A stretch of 41,290 nt of DNA from a virus (IMGVR_UViG_3300040971_000086:1-41290); one strand, 5' to 3'; counted from the stretch's first letter, positions 27,137-36,888 are shown. Made by a program: numbers and translations. Notes: generated from the letters alone by a model not told the origin.

Positions 27137-27427
27137 TTATATACTTAATCTGTGCTTTATAGGAAAGCGGGTTTTTAAATATTGTTTAAATGAATTAAAT
27201 TTAACAGTAACCGCGCCGTTCCTGTTAACCCACCCTAATATAGAAGTTAATAATAAAAATAAATAAAGTACCTGCAAGTTCCAAACACCAAGAAAAGAGG
27301 TTTGGACTAATAAAATAATATTTGCCACGCTCCATAATATAAAACTTACTTTAATATTTAAAGCGTTTAAAACCGCGCCCAGAGGGGTTAAGACCGTCGC
27401 AATGATGAATAATAATTCTAACTGCAT
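27137..27427 (-). CDS. Small membrane protein (PnuC-like half-transporter pattern)
   Basis: Three hydrophobic helices with FILW..AN and LY......SILGW..W-like motifs; GGAGG RBS. Confidence 0.5.
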   Translation of the reverse strand: MQLELLFIIATVLTPLGAVLNALNIKVSFILWSVANIILLVQTSFLGVWNLQVLYLFLLLTSILGWVNRNGAVTVKFNSFKQYLKTRFPIKHRLSI

Positions 27428-27662
27428 AAAAATCCTCCAATATAAGAAAACTTAATAATTTATATAAGAAGTAAGGCATAGTAATATTTGGCAAGGAGGG
27501 GAATTGCATTAAACCCTCTAAGATATACATAAAAAAAATTCTCCATCTCAAAAGCACAAACAACCGGACTATTTTTTTTTAAATAAATTAATAAATTAAT
27601 ATGTCTTAGTGGGTTAAAAGAACCCTTCTGCCAATCCTCTGTTAAAAATAAATATAAGGGGT

Positions 27663-27947
27663 TTATTCTTTCATAGTCTGTTTTTCTGCTTCTTCTTTTA
27701 TTAAATCCTGGTAATTTGCCTTAATAAATTTCTTAATTAATTTTTCCATGTGCTTCAATTCCGGTTCCTCTTCCCCCAGGTCTTCCGGTAATAAATCAGG
27801 GTGGTTTAATAAAATATACTGGTTTAATGCCTTTCTTATAATGTAATTTGTGCTGCGGTTGTCGTCTTCTGCAAGATGCTGTATTATTTCAATTTGGTCT
27901 GGGCGGAAATCTACGCTGCGTTTAAATAATCTTTTTTCTCTGCTCAT
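27663..27947 (-). CDS. Ribbon-helix-helix (CopG/Arc-like) regulator
   Basis: KRSVDFRPDQIEIIQHLAEDDNRSTNYIIRKALNQYI. Confidence 0.85.
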   Translation of the reverse strand: MSREKRLFKRSVDFRPDQIEIIQHLAEDDNRSTNYIIRKALNQYILLNHPDLLPEDLGEEEPELKHMEKLIKKFIKANYQDLIKEEAEKQTMKE

Positions 27948-28066
27948 AATAAAATCCTCTTTTCTATTTATTTATTTATTGAATTATATAGTCTGTCTGG
28001 GTTAAGTTTCCCAGGTAATAAGGGAGGCATAATATTAATGCCCCTCCCTGGTATTTTAAATAATAA

Positions 28067-28636
28067 TTATTTAGTATCTACCATTTTAACCGCTTGCACC
28101 TTTATCCTGGTAATATCTTCATCAGTAAGTTCCCAGTCCTTTTTAACTTTAAGCGCATAATTAACCACTCTGCCCGCGGTGGGTTTGCCTTGCAGTTCTT
28201 TTAATATTAAATTAATGGTTTCCCGTGCTTCTGGGTCGTCCTCATCAGCCATATTAGATGCCTGCCCCTCCGCTTTATCATTACCCTCCGCTTTATTAAC
28301 CGCTTTGCCTGGTTTGTGGAACACCTGGAACATTTTAAAAGGGCTGCGCGGTGCTTTCTGCGGGATAGTTTTCTTTAATATAATTTTAATGCAGTCGCCC
28401 AGGTCAGCCATTGCCATTTTCTGTTGAATGTCTGTGGTTGCGTACACTTGCCTATCCCCTTCTTTGGTTTCCAAAGTATATCGCGTTTTTTCGTATGCGC
28501 CTACCTTTTCCTCCTTTTTAACATAAATTCCAATGATTTCCGCGCCTATTTCTTCCGGTTTCCAGACTTGGTTTTCTGGTATTAATTCCACCCAGTCTTG
28601 CTCTTGCATATCTTTTGTCATAATAACACACTCCAA
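28067..28636 (-). CDS. Putative OB-fold ssDNA-binding protein
   Basis: VWKPEEIGAEIIGIY...YTLET..G...VYAT...L GDCIKI pattern of viral OB-fold proteins. Confidence 0.5.
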   Translation of the reverse strand: MECVIMTKDMQEQDWVELIPENQVWKPEEIGAEIIGIYVKKEEKVGAYEKTRYTLETKEGDRQVYATTDIQQKMAMADLGDCIKIILKKTIPQKAPRSPFKMFQVFHKPGKAVNKAEGNDKAEGQASNMADEDDPEARETINLILKELQGKPTAGRVVNYALKVKKDWELTDEDITRIKVQAVKMVDTK

Positions 28637-28651
28637 ATAATATAAATAAAT

Positions 28652-28993
28652 TTAAAGGGTCGGGTTAAAAACCCGCCCCCCTTCTACTGTAATAGTTTTA
28701 AGGCGCTCTTCTAAACCCGCCATAACTTTATAATGATAAAATCCGTCGGGTTTGCCTGTTAGTTCCGGTTCTGTTACTGTTTTTCGGGTTGTTTGCACAT
28801 TTATTATTTCCTTGCGGGATAATATTTCATATACTACATAGGTTTCCAGGCTTGGTTCATGTACTTTAAACCTATCAATTAACATATTGCCCGCGGGGTT
28901 TTCTTTTAACTGGGTTAACATATCATTTATTTGCATGGTTGCGACCTCTTTTTTATATTTATGCGCAGCCTTAATTAAGGACACAGAGGGCAT
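28652..28993 (-). CDS. Hypothetical protein
   Basis: 113 aa, tightly packed in the operon. Confidence 0.6.
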   Translation of the reverse strand: MPSVSLIKAAHKYKKEVATMQINDMLTQLKENPAGNMLIDRFKVHEPSLETYVVYEILSRKEIINVQTTRKTVTEPELTGKPDGFYHYKVMAGLEERLKTITVEGGRVFNPTL

Positions 28994-28995
28994 TT

Positions 28996-29187
28996 TTAAA
29001 CACCCACCGCGCTGAAAAAGTTATCCAAATCATGTTCTGTGGGGTTTGCCCCTTCTGCTTTAAACAATAAAACCACCGCAGCACCAATACTCACCGCTTT
29101 AACCTGGGCATAGTTCCGCAGCCTGTTTTCCATGTTCTCCGCCTGTACACATTCAATGCAGTTACTTAATTCATTTCCTGGGTTCAT
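28996..29187 (-). CDS. Hypothetical protein
   Basis: AGGAGGCAAATAAT-ATG RBS. Confidence 0.65.
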   Translation of the reverse strand: MNPGNELSNCIECVQAENMENRLRNYAQVKAVSIGAAVVLLFKAEGANPTEHDLDNFFSAVGV

Positions 29188-29226
29188 ATTATTTGCCTCC
29201 TACTAAAAAAATATTAAATAAATAAT

Positions 29227-29562
29227 TTAAATATATAATTCTACACCTGGGACTTTAACCGCGCCTCTTTTAATCTGTGCCAGGTAATTCCTCGCATCTT
29301 GCAGGCTTTCCACGGCTTTATTAACTTCTGCGTCTGTCATTTTAATTATCCTGCGGTCTTCGTGGGTTACTAATAACAAAGTTACGCCATACACGGGCTT
29401 GACTGTAAAGATGCTGCCTTTGCTTATTTCATAGACTATGGTTGCAGGTTTTCCCTGTTTTTTAACAGTCATAAGGGTGCTGCGTTCCACTACATCAGGG
29501 GTTACAAAGTTCGGTTCCCCATTAAAAGCCTTTTCAAAAGTTTCATTTGCGTTTATTTTCAT
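29227..29562 (-). CDS. Hypothetical protein
   Basis: AGGAGGCAAATAAT-ATG RBS. Confidence 0.7.
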   Translation of the reverse strand: MKINANETFEKAFNGEPNFVTPDVVERSTLMTVKKQGKPATIVYEISKGSIFTVKPVYGVTLLLVTHEDRRIIKMTDAEVNKAVESLQDARNYLAQIKRGAVKVPGVELYI

Positions 29563-29595
29563 ATTATTTGCCTCCTATTAAAAAATATAAATAAT

Positions 29596-29829
29596 TTATA
29601 AGGTTTTAAATTCCTCATAGCATTGTTCGCATTCGTGGGTTATAATGGGGGCCACTGGGCCTATTTCTGGGTTTCCGGTGTCCCTGTGTTGGGTTATTGT
29701 TACAAATTTCTGCCCAGGTGTTAAGGTTTTTTCGCATGCGTCGCAGGTTATTTCCCCAGTCATGCATTCGCTTACTATTAAATATTCAAATTCGGTTTCT
29801 AATGTGTTGTTTTTTATATTGGTTTTCAT
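29596..29829 (-). CDS. Small zinc-binding protein, cassette-driven
   Basis: CDAC...HECEQC; ATG abuts a cassette. Confidence 0.7.
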   Translation of the reverse strand: MKTNIKNNTLETEFEYLIVSECMTGEITCDACEKTLTPGQKFVTITQHRDTGNPEIGPVAPIITHECEQCYEEFKTL

Positions 29830-29903
29830 GTTTTGTGCCTCTGCAAGTAATGTTAGTTAATTATACATTATACCCCGGACTATATAAAGGTTACGGTATA
29901 ACC
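29830..29903 (-). promoter_or_regulatory. Promoter/leader cassette copy
   Basis: GGTTATACCGTAACC-TTTATATA-GTCCGGGGTATAATGTATAATTAACTAACATTACTTGCAGAGGC. Confidence 0.92.
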
Positions 29904-29920
29904 TCTAAAAAATAAGGGGA

Positions 29921-30175
29921 TTAATAAATTGTACTATCCTCAATTGTACTTTCGCAATGCGGGCAGGCAATAACCCATTCTTCATCACCGCCAAAGCCGG
30001 GGTTACATAAACCGCCTATAACTGTGCTTAAATATACAGGTTTCCCACAGGCCAGGCATAAATAAAACTCTTCCCCCGCCTTAAATTCCTTGGTAAGTTC
30101 AAATATAATATTCTTTAAAGCCTCAATTTCCTTTTTCTGCCTGTTTATAACGCCTTGCGCATAACTTAAAACCAT
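29921..30175 (-). CDS. Zinc-ribbon protein
   Basis: CLACG...CPHC; AGGAGG RBS. Confidence 0.7.
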   Translation of the reverse strand: MVLSYAQGVINRQKKEIEALKNIIFELTKEFKAGEEFYLCLACGKPVYLSTVIGGLCNPGFGGDEEWVIACPHCESTIEDSTIY

Positions 30176-30215
30176 ATTAAATGCCTCCTTTTAAAAAAAT
30201 AATGAAAATTATAAT

Positions 30216-30515
30216 TTAAATTTCCAGACTGGTATAATAAGCCAAGTCCACTACTTCCGCGATTATTTCATTGTTATGGTCGCATAATTCCACCAAATCA
30301 ATTTCCTCTGCGGGGTTTGCGTTTAATTTGCTTTCCCATAGGTCAGCGAGTTCTGTGTAATCATGCCTGCGCAGGCATGCAATTTCCCCTTCTATATGTT
30401 GTCGGGTCATCATGTGCCCAGTCCACATTTCCGCCAGGGTTTCCCTGGTTAAGCGGTATAATTCTGCGGTTTCGGTTGCGGTTGCGGTTTTAAATAAATT
30501 CATAGTTTTTTTCAT
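30216..30515 (-). CDS. Hypothetical protein, cassette-driven
   Basis: ATG abuts a cassette. Confidence 0.7.
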   Translation of the reverse strand: MKKTMNLFKTATATETAELYRLTRETLAEMWTGHMMTRQHIEGEIACLRRHDYTELADLWESKLNANPAEEIDLVELCDHNNEIIAEVVDLAYYTSLEI

Positions 30516-30589
30516 GGTTTGTGCCTCTGCAAGTTATGTTAGTTAATTATACATTATCCTCTGGACTATATAAAGGTTACGGTATAACC
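30516..30589 (-). promoter_or_regulatory. Promoter/leader cassette copy
   Basis: Same consensus as 29830..29903 with few substitutions. Confidence 0.92.
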
Positions 30590-30624
30590 TTTATAAAAAA
30601 ATAATAAAAAAAATACCAGACAAA

Positions 30625-30789
30625 TTAATGCCTGGGTAATTCCCGCCTGCTGCAAAGAATATAAGGGTTGTCCGGCTTTAACTTACAGACCGCACAGGCA
30701 GAAGTATCCACCGCCTCCCCATACAAATCACAGAAAAACTTACCCTCCGCAGTAGTTAAACCCAGGCTATTTTTAAAACTTTTATCCAT
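30625..30789 (-). CDS. Small Cys-containing protein (54 aa)
   Basis: Hand translation MDKSFKNSLGLTTAEGKFFCDLYGEAVDTSACAVCKLKPDNPYILCSRRELPRH; GGGTGGG RBS. Confidence 0.5.
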   Translation of the reverse strand: MDKSFKNSLGLTTAEGKFFCDLYGEAVDTSACAVCKLKPDNPYILCSRRELPRH

Positions 30790-30824
30790 ATTTCCCACCC
30801 ACTTAAAAAATAATAAGGGATAAA

Positions 30825-31061
30825 TTATTCCCCTGCATTGGCAACATTCTTTTTAAGGAACCTTATCTCCGCCTTAAACTGGTTAAACAACCTATCCATT
30901 TGACCGTTTAATTTCTTATTATCCTTGCGCATGCAATGCAATTCCTTTTTTAAATTAAGGTTTTCCAGTTCCACTTTATTAATTTTATACTGCAATTCGC
31001 AAAGCGCGCTGCATAATATTTTACTGTTTTCTGTTTGTTTTCCGCATATTTCACAGTTCAT
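30825..31061 (-). CDS. Zinc finger plus coiled-coil protein
   Basis: CEICG...CSALC; AGGAGG RBS. Confidence 0.7.
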   Translation of the reverse strand: MNCEICGKQTENSKILCSALCELQYKINKVELENLNLKKELHCMRKDNKKLNGQMDRLFNQFKAEIRFLKKNVANAGE

Positions 31062-31093
31062 AAGATTTGCCTCCTAATATAAAAAAATATAAT

Positions 31094-31336
31094 TTAATTT
31101 AAGTCCATATAAGCAAAGTTAACATCATTTATCATGTATTGCTTTTTCTGTTGGTTGATTTCAACAGACAGTTCTGCGCCTGTTACTGTATTAAAAAGGG
31201 TTGCTTGCACCCATTCCTCGCGTTCATTAGTATGTACAACCATTTCCATTTTATCCTTTGCCCAGTATGTTTTAGTCATGCGGACATTGGTGTTATTTAT
31301 TCTTTTATAGGTTTTTTCTATTGTTTTTATTTCCAT
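31094..31336 (-). CDS. Hypothetical protein, cassette-driven
   Basis: True start MEIKT at 31336, behind the cassette RBS. Confidence 0.7.
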   Translation of the reverse strand: MEIKTIEKTYKRINNTNVRMTKTYWAKDKMEMVVHTNEREEWVQATLFNTVTGAELSVEINQQKKQYMINDVNFAYMDLN

Positions 31337-31411
31337 GGTTTGCCTCCAATGCAAGTAATGTTAGTTAATTATACATTATACCCCGGACTATATAAAGGTT
31401 ACTATATAACC
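31337..31411 (-). promoter_or_regulatory. Promoter/leader cassette copy
   Basis: Consensus copy; palindrome GGTTAtatagTAACC. Confidence 0.92.
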
Positions 31412-31472
31412 TCTACCTGGGAAAGTTACCCAGGAGATAAGACCCAGGGAAAGATTAAGTTTTCAATTATAA

Positions 31473-31494
31473 ATTATAAGTTATAACTTATAAT
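31473..31494. repeat. Perfect 22-bp palindrome ATTATAAGTTATAACTTATAAT
   Basis: Self-complementary by inspection; the half-site ACTTATAACTTAAA recurs near 32120 and 32159. Confidence 0.9.
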
Positions 31495-31508
31495 AAAAAA
31501 TAAAAATA

Positions 31509-31578
<70 letters not shown>

Positions 31579-31621
31579 TAATAAATATAATATTAAAAAA
31601 GGTATATCTGGAAAATCTGTA

Positions 31622-32008
31622 TGTACATGCACACAGGGGGGGTTGTACATACATGCACACAAATATTTAAGGCATACTTCCGCAGGCTAAAAAATATAAA
31701 AAATATATAAACCACAGGCTACGCACAGATAAAACCAGGCAGACCTATCCTAATAATCCTCTGTTAATTAAACCCTGCATATTACCAGGCAATAATTAAG
31801 AAAATAAGCATGCAGCATTAAATAAAAATATTATTTTAAATAAATATTTGTACATACAGAGGTTTCCCCTGGGTGTACATACACCCCGAAAAGGCCATTT
31901 TGTACATACAAATAAAAAATAATAAAAAATATTTGTACATACAATCTTTGAAATTTGTACATACAGAATGCCTTGTACATACGCGGTTCGTGTCTGCATG
32001 TGTGTACA
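31622..32008. repeat. Iteron-like cluster TGTACATAC(A); candidate replication origin
   Basis: Copies at 31644, 31849, 31874, 31901, 31934, 31956 and 31974, with variants at 31622 and 32003, in the largest non-coding region. Confidence 0.75.
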
Positions 32009-32030
32009 ATATAGTCTGCCCCCACCTGTT

Positions 32031-32172
32031 ACACTTGCAACACTTGCAACACTTGCAACGCACCTCACGGGATTAAAACTAATAAATTAAAACTAATAAA
32101 TTAAAACTAATAAATTAAAACTTATAACTTAAAATTAAATAAAAAAAAAATAATTAAAACTTATAACTTAAA
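32031..32172. repeat. Tandem repeats (ACACTTGCA)x3 and (ATTAAAACTAATAA)x3, plus ATTAAAACTTATAACTTAAA x2
   Basis: 32031..32057; 32072..32113; 32114..32133 and 32153..32172. Confidence 0.9.
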
Positions 32173-32737
32173 CCCTGGTCGCTGCGGTATCTTGGAACAG
32201 TTTAATTAATTGAATTCTTGTAACTCTACCAGAAAATGCATTTAACAGGGTATTTAATAACGCCTCCGGAGGCATAGGCTTACCTGCGGGGTCATAACTT
32301 ATACCTTCTTTACTTATCCACCTATCAAAGCGTTCAAATAACTCCTCCCCCAGTGGGGCTTCTATTGCAGGGGCATCTTTTATTAAAACCTCTGCATCGG
32401 CTTCTTGCATACTTATTATATCATCATATTTCTTAATTTTACTTTGGAAATGGTCATTAATGTGCTGCAATTGCGCCTGGTTTTTCCGGTTAACCCATTC
32501 CAAATCAGTTTCATGCATTAATTTTTGATGGTTAAGCATTAATTCCCGTTCCTCTGTTAACCGTTCTTTCTCTAACCTGGCTTTTTCCACGGTTTCAACC
32601 GTCCTTTGTTCCCAGTATGTGTTAAAGGCCAGTTTATAAACATCTGTCTGTGATATTTGGTATTGTCTTGCGACCTCTTTCACTTGCTGCGCCTCCACGG
32701 TGGTTCTTCGCATTGCAAATCTGTCTTCGTTCCCCAT
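32168..32737 (-). CDS. Putative RHH-like DNA-binding protein with coiled coil
   Basis: RFAMR...QVKEVARQYQISQTDVYKLAFNTY; AGGAGG RBS; adjacent to the repeat cluster. Confidence 0.6.
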   Translation of the reverse strand: MGNEDRFAMRRTTVEAQQVKEVARQYQISQTDVYKLAFNTYWEQRTVETVEKARLEKERLTEERELMLNHQKLMHETDLEWVNRKNQAQLQHINDHFQSKIKKYDDIISMQEADAEVLIKDAPAIEAPLGEELFERFDRWISKEGISYDPAGKPMPPEALLNTLLNAFSGRVTRIQLIKLFQDTAATRV

Positions 32738-33326
32738 CTCTATATGCCTCCTTAATAATTATTTTAAATCCTCTGTTCCCAGTATGTGCAATATTTGCAT
32801 CTACTGCATTAGTTTTTTATCTATGTAACCACATTTAATGTTTGAGGAAAAAAACTTGCAGCACAGTATAAGTTTATATGATTTAAAAAAAATATTATAA
32901 TTAAATAATGCCACCTGGTATTATTTTTTCCTTTGCGAATTTTTGTATATTTAAACCTGGGATTTGCCTCCTTGCAAGTTAATGTATAAAAAACATCGGG
33001 AAAAATATTTGTTTAAAATATTTGGGGGATTTTATTATCCCTCAATTTTAAACATATTTTATAAAATATTAGTTTTATCCTATTTTTGTTTAATTTCATG
33101 TTTATGTGGATTATTGTTTTAAGGCCTGGGTTTTCTTGCTGCATGGTTTTTTCTCTTTTTCTCTTTTTCCTTTGTGCGTTAAACTGCAATATAACGCACA
33201 TGAGGGATATTGTTCTAATGGGATTAGTCTAAATAAGAATATTTTACTATTAGATTACTCTACTATATTAATTTTAATAGTAGCCTCTCCATATATTGAT
33301 ACTTTCCCCGCAGCAGGCATTTATTA

Positions 33327-33668
33327 TTATAGTGTACTTTGTTTTAATGCAGGTGCAGAAGTAGAGCATTTAGAGAACCAGACCCAGGCAATTTTAGACC
33401 CTGGTTTCAATTTGGGATAAAAACTGCGCAGCAAGTTAAAAGCCTCCCCGCGGGTCTTAGTATCAGTATCTCTGCAAAGTTCCTTTTCTGGTATATCCTT
33501 TAAGGCAATATCCACCCTCATAACTGCCTCCGCTTTAAATATACCCATAGGAGAGTTAATAATATAAACAGTATTTTCTTTTATCTTTGTATTTGGGGTT
33601 CTTATTGTACTAAAAACAGGGTCATCTAACTTTTTATAATGCTTATCAAATTCCACAGTATTCATCAC
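33327..33668 (-). CDS. ASCH/PUA-like domain protein
   Basis: FSTIR...YII....FKAE...L.DI....L..D....EAFNLLRSFYP. Confidence 0.6.
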   Translation of the reverse strand: MMNTVEFDKHYKKLDDPVFSTIRTPNTKIKENTVYIINSPMGIFKAEAVMRVDIALKDIPEKELCRDTDTKTRGEAFNLLRSFYPKLKPGSKIAWVWFSKCSTSAPALKQSTL

Positions 33669-33840
33669 TATTCCACCTCGCAGTCCGGAACTCGTTTAAT
33701 GCTTCCCTTATTTCGTTATATTCGCGTTCTCGCTTGCCATAGCCATATACCCCTACTTTTAACAGGGTTTTAATAGGCAATGGTCTTTGGAATTCTAAAT
33801 CTATTTTAACATTTATCAATATTTCATAGTCTTTATCCAT
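33646..33840 (-). CDS. Hypothetical protein
   Basis: 64 aa, packed in the operon; AAGGTG RBS. Confidence 0.55.
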   Translation of the reverse strand: MDKDYEILINVKIDLEFQRPLPIKTLLKVGVYGYGKREREYNEIREALNEFRTARWNSDEYCGI

Positions 33841-33854
33841 TGCAGCACCTTCTT

Positions 33855-34175
33855 TTAAAATTCAGGGATATTTTTTCTTAAATGCAGCGGGGGGTTATTT
33901 GCTGCAAAGCGGTTAATAACAGGCATACTTATTTCAATATAAGAATTCCCGTCTTTAAATCTAAGACTTATCTCTTCCCCTGGCCTTATATCTCTGCTTA
34001 ATACTTCATAAAACCCTCTGCTTCTCCCCAGTCCCTGGTAACATAAAACTGCCTGTTCTTCGTGGGTTAAAACGCCTTCGGGGTCAAAGTTTGTTAAATC
34101 TTTTTCCAGGCTGCTATTCCAAGTATATTTTTTATACTTTTTATCTACATTCCAGAACCCTTTAACATGCTTCAT
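33855..34175 (-). CDS. Hypothetical protein
   Basis: ATGA overlap with the upstream gene; GGAGG RBS. Confidence 0.6.
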   Translation of the reverse strand: MKHVKGFWNVDKKYKKYTWNSSLEKDLTNFDPEGVLTHEEQAVLCYQGLGRSRGFYEVLSRDIRPGEEISLRFKDGNSYIEISMPVINRFAANNPPLHLRKNIPEF

Positions 34176-34471
34176 GATGTTGCCTCCATTGTCTGCGCAG
34201 TTACCCCGTCGCAGTTTAATTCAACACCCATATAATGCCATATACTGGCGCTGATATGTTTGCAAATAAAGGTTTTATCCTGTCTTTGGTGTCGGTTCAT
34301 AAAATCTTTACAGGTGCAAAGCCAGTTATCGTCCAGGCAATAAACTTCATAAAATTCCCCTGGGTTGCTGCCTTTAACCAGGAACTCTAATAACCCCGGA
34401 GAGGTACAAATTAAATTAACCGCTCCGGGAGTTTTATATAGTTCCAAGCCTTTTTCTAACCTTAAAGGCAA
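34172..34471 (-). CDS. SWIM zinc-finger protein
   Basis: FLVKGS....YEV......CTCKDF..R......CKHI. Confidence 0.85.
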   Translation of the reverse strand: MPLRLEKGLELYKTPGAVNLICTSPGLLEFLVKGSNPGEFYEVYCLDDNWLCTCKDFMNRHQRQDKTFICKHISASIWHYMGVELNCDGVTAQTMEATS

Positions 34472-34774
34472 TTAATTCACCTGGCCGTCTAAATCTTTTT
34501 TCCCACCTGCCGCGCGTTGTTTAATTTTAAGCAATTTTTCCGCCTGTGCCTCTGCCCGCGCTTTGCTTTCATTATCCAGTATCACACATGACCTTATTAT
34601 CTCGCTGCCCAGTTCCTCCGCAGGCATTTCATTTAATGCGGTATAAGGCCCGCTATCCAATGCCCTATCCACATGATAAATGACTTGGTTAAGCATAGCC
34701 TTAATAAGAGCATCGGGGTTTATACCTCTTGCAATAACATCTGCTTTTAATCTTTCTAAGCCTTGCCCGGACAT
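34472..34774 (-). CDS. Hypothetical protein
   Basis: 100 aa, abuts its neighbours. Confidence 0.6.
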   Translation of the reverse strand: MSGQGLERLKADVIARGINPDALIKAMLNQVIYHVDRALDSGPYTALNEMPAEELGSEIIRSCVILDNESKARAEAQAEKLLKIKQRAAGGKKDLDGQVN

Positions 34775-34775
34775 T

Positions 34776-34916
34776 TTATGCTGCCCCCTGGTATGTTAAC
34801 CACCCTCCGCAACCGCAGGGCAGCATTTTCGCACCTTTGCATTTAAGGGGCAAGTTTTCAAATTCTAATTTTATATCTTTTTCGCATTTTTCGCATATTA
34901 ATAAACAGTTAACCAT
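34776..34916 (-). CDS. Small zinc-ribbon protein (46 aa)
   Basis: Hand translation MVNCLLICEKCEKDIKLEFENLPLKCKGAKMLPCGCGGWLTYQGAA; GAGGTG upstream. Confidence 0.5.
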   Translation of the reverse strand: MVNCLLICEKCEKDIKLEFENLPLKCKGAKMLPCGCGGWLTYQGAA

Positions 34917-34952
34917 TCTCAAAAGCACCTCTGTTATAAGTATAAAAATAGT

Positions 34953-35597
34953 TTATATTAAATCGTATTCCCTTGCAATCACCTTATTGAATAAATCATC
35001 AATTTGCTCTTTATTTAACCCATATTTATCCATAAATTCCTTTTTTAATTTATTAAGGGTTTCCTGCCTGTAAGCAGATAATCCTGCGCCATAATCTCCC
35101 CATTTCCCAGGGTTAAAGCCCAGTTTGTTCCCCTTTTCTTCAATACTCCTTGCGCTCCTATCTAACCTTTTCTGGTGTTGGTCGCGGGTTAATATGCCGA
35201 AGGTCGCGTTTAAATACTTAATTTCTTCCTCTGTCCAAATATACCCTCCCCTGGGTGTTTTCTCCCCTTTTTTATATTTAAAAGAGGGTTCGGGAGTTAA
35301 ATGGTATTCCATGTCATAAAACCGTCGCCTTATTGCGTCTGGTGTCCGGTTAAGCCTGGCAAGTATCTTTTCAAGAGGTGCGATGCGGTAACAACACCGC
35401 AGGCATAAGTCCTCAATTTCCGTCCATTTATGCCCATTTTTAGAAGGTTTGCCTGGAAGGATTTTTGCGGAAGGGTTGGGCATTAATTTCCGCATTCCAT
35501 TTTCCTGGTTTAATTCAATTATTTTAAACGCGTCCTCAATGCTTATTATTACATCATGTTCTCTGTTCATAGCCTTTGCTGTTGTAGATGTACTCAT
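34953..35597 (-). CDS. Protein with two Myb-like HTH repeats
   Basis: KWTEIEDLCLR...ILARLNRTPDAIRRR and IWTEEEIKYLN...KRLDRSARSIEEK. Confidence 0.75.
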   Translation of the reverse strand: MSTSTTAKAMNREHDVIISIEDAFKIIELNQENGMRKLMPNPSAKILPGKPSKNGHKWTEIEDLCLRCCYRIAPLEKILARLNRTPDAIRRRFYDMEYHLTPEPSFKYKKGEKTPRGGYIWTEEEIKYLNATFGILTRDQHQKRLDRSARSIEEKGNKLGFNPGKWGDYGAGLSAYRQETLNKLKKEFMDKYGLNKEQIDDLFNKVIAREYDLI

Positions 35598-35846
35598 AGG
35601 ATTTGCCCCCTGGTTTATAAACTTAATTTAGGCATTGTAGTCATTACTGCATAGGCTATAAAACACATAATTAATGCAGCCATTAAAAGGAAAATTTTAA
35701 TATCTAAAATTATATGGGTTTTAGGCTGTTTCCGGGGGTATAAATTCACTTTGTTATTCATTTCTCCATCTCCTATTAAATTTTAAAATTTGCACAAACA
35801 TTTAAAAAATATTAATTAATTATTATAAATTTTAAGTTATAAGTAA

Positions 35847-36137
35847 TCACTGCGCATCACTGCGCAGCGCATTTAATATGTTCTGCTCTGCTTTCCTGGG
35901 TGTTTCCTGCCTGCATGGTTTGCAAGTAAGATGAACGCATACTTCCGGGCCACTGGGTGGATATTCAATTTCTACGGAAATGCTTGCAAAGTCTTCCCCA
36001 GGTGCATCTCCCAGGGTTTCACCGCAGTTACTGCATATTAAGTCCGGGCCACGCTGCATAATTAGGTCATTAAATAAGTCATTAATTTCTTCTTTGCTTA
36101 AATTCATTAAATTGTTAACCATTCTTAAATCCTCCAA
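35847..36137 (-). CDS. Zinc-binding hypothetical protein
   Basis: CSNC...CKPC. Confidence 0.6.
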   Translation of the reverse strand: MEDLRMVNNLMNLSKEEINDLFNDLIMQRGPDLICSNCGETLGDAPGEDFASISVEIEYPPSGPEVCVHLTCKPCRQETPRKAEQNILNALRSDAQ

Positions 36138-36155
36138 ATAATGGGTTTAAGGGGA

Positions 36156-36536
36156 TTATTCCCCTCTTAATTGATTTTCCCAGGTGCTGCCTATTCTGCG
36201 GACTTTGCGTTCCATTGCTTGCATTGTTTCCAGTTCTTTTAATAAGGCTTCTTTTCTTGCTGCTATTTTATTTTTTTCTGCATTAAATGCTTTTCTTGCT
36301 TCTTTCCATTCTTCTGGGCCGTCTGCGCTGCCTAATAATGTGTCAAGTTTCATAACTCTTACTGCGCGGGGTTTTCCCATTGCGTCCACTGTTTTGAGGT
36401 ATTCTATATCTATGTCAAAGTTACAATCCAGGCACCACTTCGCGGCTTCGCCCCTGTAATTTGTTTCGGTTTTTAGGTTTTTCCCACCACAGGCAGGACA
36501 GGTTTTTATTTGGTTTATTCTGTTTTCGGTTTTCAT
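36156..36536 (-). CDS. Zinc ribbon plus coiled-coil protein, cassette-driven
   Basis: CPACGG...CLDC; ATG abuts a cassette. Confidence 0.7.
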   Translation of the reverse strand: MKTENRINQIKTCPACGGKNLKTETNYRGEAAKWCLDCNFDIDIEYLKTVDAMGKPRAVRVMKLDTLLGSADGPEEWKEARKAFNAEKNKIAARKEALLKELETMQAMERKVRRIGSTWENQLRGE

Positions 36537-36615
36537 GTTGTGTTTGCCTCCAATGCAAGTAATGTTAGTTAATTATACATTATACCCCGGACTATATAAA
36601 GGTTACGGTATAACC
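36537..36615 (-). promoter_or_regulatory. Promoter/leader cassette copy
   Basis: Consensus copy. Confidence 0.92.
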
Positions 36616-36651
36616 TTGCATTATTTATTTAAAAAAAATACCAGGCAAATA

Positions 36652-36864
36652 TTAATCTGCCTTGTACTTACTAACACCCATCACTTCCATAGGAAATCTC
36701 CGGAAACTGGTTATTAAAACAATATTAAAAGATTTCCAATCCTTCTGCTGCGCAGCAAAGTCCTTTGCAGCCTCCAAAGTATCAAAAGAATAAGCGCGCA
36801 TATTATTATCCCGCGCCATGTCCGGAAAATTATTGCCTTTTTTATTAAATACTATCCCATACAT
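36652..36864 (-). CDS. Hypothetical protein
   Basis: AGGAGG RBS; FDTLEAAKDFA. Confidence 0.65.
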   Translation of the reverse strand: MYGIVFNKKGNNFPDMARDNNMRAYSFDTLEAAKDFAAQQKDWKSFNIVLITSFRRFPMEVMGVSKYKAD

Positions 36865-36888
36865 AAATAATGCCTCCTAATAAAGATT

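Noticed and set aside
29860-29875. Bacterial sigma70 extended -10 (TGTATAAT) in the cassette, implying a bacterial host
   Set aside because: There is no -35 consensus. A canonical archaeal TTTATATA lies just upstream, and the lysin and adhesin domains point to a pseudomurein host. It cannot be wholly excluded without host data.
31849-31983. Mini-CRISPR array
   Set aside because: The repeat is only 9-10 bp and the gaps are about 8-23 bp and irregular; there are no cas genes.
31796-32076. Four overlapping ORFs rich in CMY/VCT/YVQ
   Set aside because: They are by-products of the TGTACATAC and ACACTTGCA repeats, open in several frames at once.
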